Assembly: GCA_944381215.1 (NCBI GenBank)
Contig: CALWKF010000001.1
Location: forward strand, 65,201-129,200
Direction of reading: 5' to 3'
From: an uncultured Clostridia bacterium
Lineage (GTDB): Bacteria > Bacillota > Clostridia > Christensenellales > UBA1242
DNA: 64,000 bases
Below are positions 59,250 through 64,000 of this stretch, in pieces (positions within the stretch are counted from its first letter, which is position 1; each line of letters begins with the position of its first letter). The notes beneath the pieces are model-generated. The model had not been told where the DNA came from. It did not search any database and was given only the letters and a program-made list of their open reading frames with translations. Position numbers and translations under genes: made by a program.

Positions 59250-60062
59250 AGGCCATTATACTAACGCAGTGCGAGGACGTACTTCCAAATATATTTAAGG
59301 TCATCCTGAGCCCGCCCCGCGAAGCCTGAGACGAAGGATCTCATTCCTGCCACTTTTAAAAGGACACTGGGCTGGCGCGAGAGTATTCGTTTCTAATTAT
59401 ACCAATCATTCGCGCGCCAGACTTCCCGTAAACGGGAAGGCATCCTGAGCCTCGACCCGCGAAGCCCTTTGTAACTCAGCGCATAGGAAAAGTAACAATA
59501 GAAATATTTAGCACGACGCTGCCCGAAGGATCTCATCTCATCCGCTTAAAAAGGACACTGGGCTGGCATGGTGCGAAGTCGCACACAATATATTTAAAGT
59601 CATTCTGAGCCCGCCCCTCGTAGCCTTCGACGAAGAATCTCATTCCATCCGCTTTAAAAGGCCACAGGGCTGGCGCGAGAGTATTCGTTTCTAATTATAC
59701 CAATCATTCACGCGCCAGACTTCCCGCAAGCGGGAAGGCATCCTGAGCCCGCCCCGCGAAGCCTTCGTAACTCAGCGCATAAGAAAAGCAACAATAGAAA
59801 CATCTAGCATGACGCTGCCCGAAGGATCTCATCTCCTTTGGTCATCCTGAGCCCGCCCCGCGAAGCCTGAGACGAAGGATCTCATTCCTGCCTCTTAAAA
59901 CAATGCCCAACAAACCATAAAGATGTAGTAGAACAAAGCGGCTGAGATTCTTCGTCTCAGGCTCTGTAAGCAGGGCTCAGAATGACAGTGTTTTTTACCA
60001 ATAAAATCACTTAGTCATCCTGAGTGCCGACCCTCGAAGCTCTCAGACGAAGGATCTCATCC
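59250..60062 (+). repeat. mosaic GC-rich intergenic repeat array 2 (about 0.8 kb)
   Basis: Core copies: short 59300-59344, long 59441-59536, short 59599-59643, long 59739-59832, short 59841-59885, inverted short 59944-59986, short 60014-60060. Y modules: 59367-59440 and 59665-59738. X modules: 59261-59299 and 59556-59598. No ORF. Confidence 0.9.
59944..59986 (-). repeat. inverted copy of the short core module
   Basis: gagattcttcgtctcaggc...ggctcagaatgac is the reverse complement of the GTCATTCTGAGCC...GCCTGAGACGAAGAATCTC consensus. Confidence 0.85.
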
Positions 60063-60156
60063 ACTTATTTACTGCTTTCTAAAGAGATTTTTTACGCAAT
60101 TTAAATAATTTACCAGTATTTTACAGCCTATAATTTTTAAAAACTTTTTAAAAAAT

Positions 60157-60185
60157 TTGCTAAAAACCTCGAAAATTGTTATAAT
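60157..60185 (+). promoter_or_regulatory. sigma-A promoter, homologue of 8383-8411
   Basis: TTGCTA (60157-60162), 17-nt spacer, TGtTATAAT (60177-60185), within a block homologous to 8338-8420. Confidence 0.55.
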
Positions 60186-60362
60186 AATATTATTAGAATA
60201 TGTAAAGGAGGGAATCAACAACAAACAACTTCTAGGACGATGTAGCCTTTAATTGCTAGTTAATCATAGTATAACCTTGTTTAATTTAAGTCGATTATTA
60301 AATTATATCTTGTTCCTAGTCTAAAATTAAATTATATTAAGTTATGTTGTTGAAAAATAAAT

Positions 60363-60422
60363 ATGAAGTACTCTTTTAATACAAAATTGCATAAAAACCT
60401 ACGGGGGGGGGGCGCTTTCTAG
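60363..60422 (+). other. relic leader ORF (MKYSFNTKLHKNLRGGGAF*) carrying G10, now a uORF in the 5' leader of paralogue B
   Basis: About 75 bp near-identical to 8459-8530. No good RBS. With 9 G it would run only to a TAA 14 codons later, not into the gene. Confidence 0.6.
60403..60412 (+). repeat. poly(G)10 homopolymer, second copy
   Basis: Counted directly: acGGGGGGGGGGcgc, in the same context as 8493-8502. Confidence 0.9.
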
Positions 60423-60558
60423 CCTAAAAATTTCTTGTATTAGAAAAACTCACTTTAATCTATAAATTTATTTTTAATCAAAAAATTTAATTAATTTTAC
60501 TAAAAATAAAAGTAATTTATAGAAAATGTCGTAATTTTATAACAAAAGGTGAGTTTTT

Positions 60559-62511
60559 ATGATAAAATTATCCAAAACTAAAACGAGTTTAATAGTAACC
60601 CTTGTCTGCATTTTCTGTATAGCCACACTATTAACCGCTTTTTTATTTACCCCGAAAGATATGGTAAACGCATTTACCAGTGTCGATAGTTCGAACGCAG
60701 TCGTTGTGCCTCAATTATGGGGTGAGTCCAGCCAGTCTTTTAACTATGATGCAATGTCAACACTACTAAGTTACATATCCAGTGATGGCACAATTAATGG
60801 GGTAAATACTACCCAGCAGACCGCCGCAGACATTCGCAACTATACCTACGGAGGAAAAGAAAGTGGAAAATCAGTCGTAGTAACTCTAGGTGATTACCAA
60901 TGGCAAGTAGTATACCTAACTAGGACAGGTAACACCACCGGCGACCGTATAGCCACATTACTAATGGTTAATAACGATGGTACAGCTAGTATAACTCCTG
61001 GTGGCTTCGATAGTGGTAGTAACTGGACAGGTGCTTATCCCTCTAATATGTATGGTGCTAGTTATATGCGTGCAGTTATCTTAAATAATGGCGGAATATA
61101 TGCTAATATTACTGCTGATAGTAACAATTCATATTCAACAGCATCAGCTACTCAATCTGCATCGCACAAGTACGCATTATATACTGTAGCCTCACAAGGA
61201 CTAACTCATTACTTAGTACAACCTAAAAATGTATGGTACCAAACCCAAGCACAGTTAACAGGCAGTGCTAATCCCGATGGATACACTCTAAACAACGAGT
61301 CATTATCTACCAGTATAAGTACAGGCTGGTACAGGAACTACGCTTCTGGTTACTCATACCAAACAAAGAACTATTACACCCAATGGGGGAATGACCATTT
61401 GTGGCTACCCAGCCTTTCAGAGACAGGTACAAGTAATTCTGAGTTGGGTATTTGGGAGTTGTCCACAACAGAACGTTCGGCTTCTAATGAGTGGTGGTCG
61501 CGGTCTGGTTGCTATAATGATTCGTACAGTGCTTACTTCCTTTATCCTTCCGGCTCCATCTCTCGTATCGGCATGGTGCACACTAGCTACGGCGTGCGGC
61601 CTTCGCTTCACTTAAATCTTGACTCTGCATTGAATAATTTAACAAATGATATAATAGTAGAGTCAAACGATTCTACTCAAGGTACAGTTTCAGGCGGTGG
61701 AGTGTATGACTTTGAGTATACGGGCACCACCACAATCACTGCACTTGCAAATTATGGCTATGTATTCGACTACTGGCAAGACAGTAGCGGGAACAAAATT
61801 TACCAAAACCCATATACTTTTCCAGTAACTAAAAGCGAAACATATACTGCATATTTCCGTGAACCTATAATTACAATTACATCCTCAAATGGTGGTGCCG
61901 AAATTACTCGTACAGACACCGATCCCGGCAACGTGTCAATCACTTATGGCCTAACATTTTCTGCAAATAATTATATATCGGGCATAATAATCAATAGCGG
62001 AGTTGTCCAAGATATCGGGAGCCTGAGTGGTGATTTAATAGTTGATGACACTTGCACCGCCATAAGTTACCGCACCAACACAACGGGCTCGCAACTCATA
62101 CTTGAAATTTTTCAAGTTACCAACGATATCACCATAAACCTAATATTTGTCGACATTGCCCAAAGTTACACCCCCGCCAGTGGTGGCACTAGTATTACGG
62201 GTGTCGCATTGCAAGTGAGCGGAGGCAATGGCGCGACCTTTGAGGCGGTAGGAGAGGCTCGAATCACAGGCTACTCCCAAGCCGAAAACATCACCTACGT
62301 GCACGTGAGCGCAGTCCCTTCGAGTGGCTACTATTTCGTAGGCTGGCAGACTAGCGACGACACCGACCTAAGCGATTACGGAAGCAGTGCCGACATCCCA
62401 TACAACCTAATCGAGGGAAAAATACTCACCGCTGTCTTCGCCCCCAAAACTTCTCAAAATGCCGACTCCACGCTAGACAACGCAGGGGACCAGTTTGCAC
62501 CCACTAGTTAA
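60559..62511 (+). CDS. large secreted/surface protein, paralogue B (DUF6273-like head plus B-repeat-like domains), intact with its own signal anchor
   Basis: MIKLSKTKTSLIVTLVCIFCIATLLTAFLF signal anchor. LWLPSLSE...WWSRSG...GVRPSLHLNL. GYVFDYWQDSSGN and GYYFVGWQTSDD repeat motifs. Confidence 0.85.
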   Translation: MIKLSKTKTSLIVTLVCIFCIATLLTAFLFTPKDMVNAFTSVDSSNAVVVPQLWGESSQSFNYDAMSTLLSYISSDGTINGVNTTQQTAADIRNYTYGGKESGKSVVVTLGDYQWQVVYLTRTGNTTGDRIATLLMVNNDGTASITPGGFDSGSNWTGAYPSNMYGASYMRAVILNNGGIYANITADSNNSYSTASATQSASHKYALYTVASQGLTHYLVQPKNVWYQTQAQLTGSANPDGYTLNNESLSTSISTGWYRNYASGYSYQTKNYYTQWGNDHLWLPSLSETGTSNSELGIWELSTTERSASNEWWSRSGCYNDSYSAYFLYPSGSISRIGMVHTSYGVRPSLHLNLDSALNNLTNDIIVESNDSTQGTVSGGGVYDFEYTGTTTITALANYGYVFDYWQDSSGNKIYQNPYTFPVTKSETYTAYFREPIITITSSNGGAEITRTDTDPGNVSITYGLTFSANNYISGIIINSGVVQDIGSLSGDLIVDDTCTAISYRTNTTGSQLILEIFQVTNDITINLIFVDIAQSYTPASGGTSITGVALQVSGGNGATFEAVGEARITGYSQAENITYVHVSAVPSSGYYFVGWQTSDDTDLSDYGSSADIPYNLIEGKILTAVFAPKTSQNADSTLDNAGDQFAPTS

Positions 62512-62683
62512 GTACTATGCATTAAAAATGTAAATTTCTCGATTTTTAGCACAAAAGTATTCGCAAAATTTATTGCATAATACTTTGCATAATATTAAAA
62601 CATCTTGATTTTTCAATAAAATTTATTATACAAAGTTTCTATCAGTTTATATAAAATTATTATAGAAATTCTTTTTAATTTTA

Positions 62684-62719
62684 AAATTCTCATATCTTTA
62701 AAATATGAGAATTTTTTTA
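62684..62719. terminator. strong bidirectional terminator
   Basis: aaattctcatat / atatgagaattt 12-bp perfect stem with a 7-nt loop. A run before, T run after. Confidence 0.8.
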
Positions 62720-62748
62720 TAAAGGAAAAAAGGTTAGAGTGTGGATGT

Positions 62749-62976
62749 TTAGAAAAGCGTTTGCGTAATTGTGCCAGTGTCCGAAATTATTCGATTTCTG
62801 CACCACCAGTTTGAATTGTTGTTAATGTTATCATTAAGGGTCGTTACTCCAGCGAGTGCGATTAGGGCGATTAGCAAAATTATTAGAATATTGGAGTTCG
62901 TCGCAAGGTCGGTATTGGTCGACCCCGCCCACACAGAAATCAACAGCACGATGACTAAGGCTTGCGAAATGGTCAT
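62749..62976 (-). CDS. hypothetical small membrane protein
   Basis: GGGAG 6 nt before the internal ATG (comp. 62974-62976). Two hydrophobic segments and Asn-rich loops. Confidence 0.45.
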   Translation of the reverse strand: MTISQALVIVLLISVWAGSTNTDLATNSNILIILLIALIALAGVTTLNDNINNNSNWWCRNRIISDTGTITQTLF

Positions 62977-63037
62977 AGTCTGCTCCCAAAACTTTTTAAG
63001 TGGTATATGCAAAAGCAAAAAAATTTGTGAGTAACGA

Positions 63038-63066
63038 TTGAAAAAACCAACAAATTGTAGTATAAT
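63038..63066 (+). promoter_or_regulatory. sigma-A promoter for uvrC
   Basis: TTGAAA (63038-63043), 17-nt spacer, TATAAT (63061-63066). Confidence 0.5.
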
Positions 63067-63072
63067 AAAATT

Positions 63073-64000
63073 ATGGATTTAAAAACAAAGGTTAGTGAAC
63101 TCCCGCAAAACAGCGGAGTATATATAATGAAAAACGCCGAGGGTGTCGTTATCTATGTAGGGAAGGCGAAAAATCTAAAAAATCGCGTTTCGCAGTACTT
63201 CCAGCATAGTAAAAACCACACGATAAAAGTGCGAAAAATGGTGGAAAATATCGCCGATTTTTACTATATTGTAACGCCCAATGAGGCGGAGGCTTTAGCA
63301 CTAGAAAATAATTTAATTAAACGCTACCAACCTTTTTACAACATATTGCTAAAAGACGGGAAGTCATACCCATACATTCGTATTGACTTAAAAAAGGACT
63401 TTCCAAACCTCGAAATCGTGCGCAAAATCAAGCGTGACGGCGCAAAATATTTCGGCCCGTACTTTGCTGGCGTCAGCCCAACAGTCTTAATCAAAATGAT
63501 AAATAACGCGTACCCCTTGCGCATGTGCCGTGGTAGACTCCCAAAGCGCACCCGCCCTTGCATAAACTACGATTTAGGGCTGTGTAGCGCGCCTTGTTGC
63601 GGGAAAATTACAAAACAGGAGTACCGCGTTTTATTAAACAAGGCCATGGACTTCCTCAACGGAAAATTCAGCGAGGTCCAGGAGATTTTGGTCGAGAAAA
63701 TGACCCGCCTTGCCGAAAACGAGCAGTTTGAACTAGCCCTAACTATTCGCGACGGCCTAAATATGCTCGATAGACTAAAACAGCATACGCTAACCTTTAT
63801 GCCGAATCTCGACAATATCGATGCCTTTGCCTGGGCGAGCAACGGCTCGGTCGCTAGTGTCGCGGTGCTTGTCATCCGTGGTGGGCGAAGCGTCGGGGTC
63901 GATTGCTTCCACTTAATTGATGCTGAACTCAATGTCGAGGACAGCCTAACTCAATTTATTACCCAGTACTACTCGACCACCGCAATTCCACCTGAACAGG
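63073..64000 (+). CDS. uvrC: excinuclease ABC subunit C, N-terminal part (continues beyond the window)
   Basis: Not in the ORF track (no stop in window). MDLKTKVSELPQNSGVYIMKNAEGVVIYVGKAKNLKNRVSQYF is the GIY-YIG N-terminus, and the frame stays open to 64000. Confidence 0.93.
   Translation, partial: MDLKTKVSELPQNSGVYIMKNAEGVVIYVGKAKNLKNRVSQYFQHSKNHTIKVRKMVENIADFYYIVTPNEAEALALENNLIKRYQPFYNILLKDGKSYPYIRIDLKKDFPNLEIVRKIKRDGAKYFGPYFAGVSPTVLIKMINNAYPLRMCRGRLPKRTRPCINYDLGLCSAPCCGKITKQEYRVLLNKAMDFLNGKFSEVQEILVEKMTRLAENEQFELALTIRDGLNMLDRLKQHTLTFMPNLDNIDAFAWASNGSVASVAVLVIRGGRSVGVDCFHLIDAELNVEDSLTQFITQYYSTTAIPPEQ

Noticed and set aside
59250-60062. Could the regularly recurring GTCATCCTGAG...GGATCTCAT cores be a CRISPR array?
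   Set aside because: Core-to-core spacing is irregular (about 100-175 bp). The sequences between cores are themselves repeated modules (X and Y) rather than unique spacers. One core is inverted, cores come in two lengths, and no cas genes are in the window.

Overview
The window reads as a chromosomal segment from a Bacillota (Firmicutes) organism of a spore-former lineage; all calls come from by-eye reading and remembered family motifs, with no searches run. The backbone is housekeeping genes in Bacillus-like blocks. These are ylxM-ffh-rpsP-rimM-trmD-rbgA-yraN...rplS, then leuS, pcrA-ligA-gatCAB-rpoZ-priA-rsgA-rpe-spoVM-like/rpmB/asp23/yloV. They continue with an aldehyde dehydrogenase, rpiB, uvrBA, a split TSUP transporter, pro-sigma-K, and the start of uvrC. 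Between these sit six large surface or envelope protein genes (650 to 1543 aa) and several small orphan genes in visibly AT-richer DNA.

The most interesting structure is a cassette present twice, about 51 kb apart and in the same orientation (about 8004-10772 and 59250-62511). Each copy has a mosaic GC-rich repeat array, then a near-identical extended -10 promoter, then a conserved leader with a G10 homopolymer, then a paralogous surface-protein gene. In copy A the G10 lies inside the 5' coding leader and puts the gene out of frame; 9 or 12 G would restore an N-terminal signal anchor. This looks like a slipped-strand phase switch. In copy B an AT-rich replacement supplies a new start codon and leaves the G10 leader as an orphan uORF.

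Other points worth a second look:
- A diverged tandem ghost copy of the last ~33 codons of sigK.
- A similar tandem duplication across the yloV stop codon.
- An unannotated spoVM-like micro-ORF that appears frameshifted at a G run.
- A group of giant proteins anchored by a transmembrane segment with no LPXTG motif.
- A Cys-rich membrane peptide.

Homopolymer lengths may be affected by assembly error, so read-level checks would be decisive.
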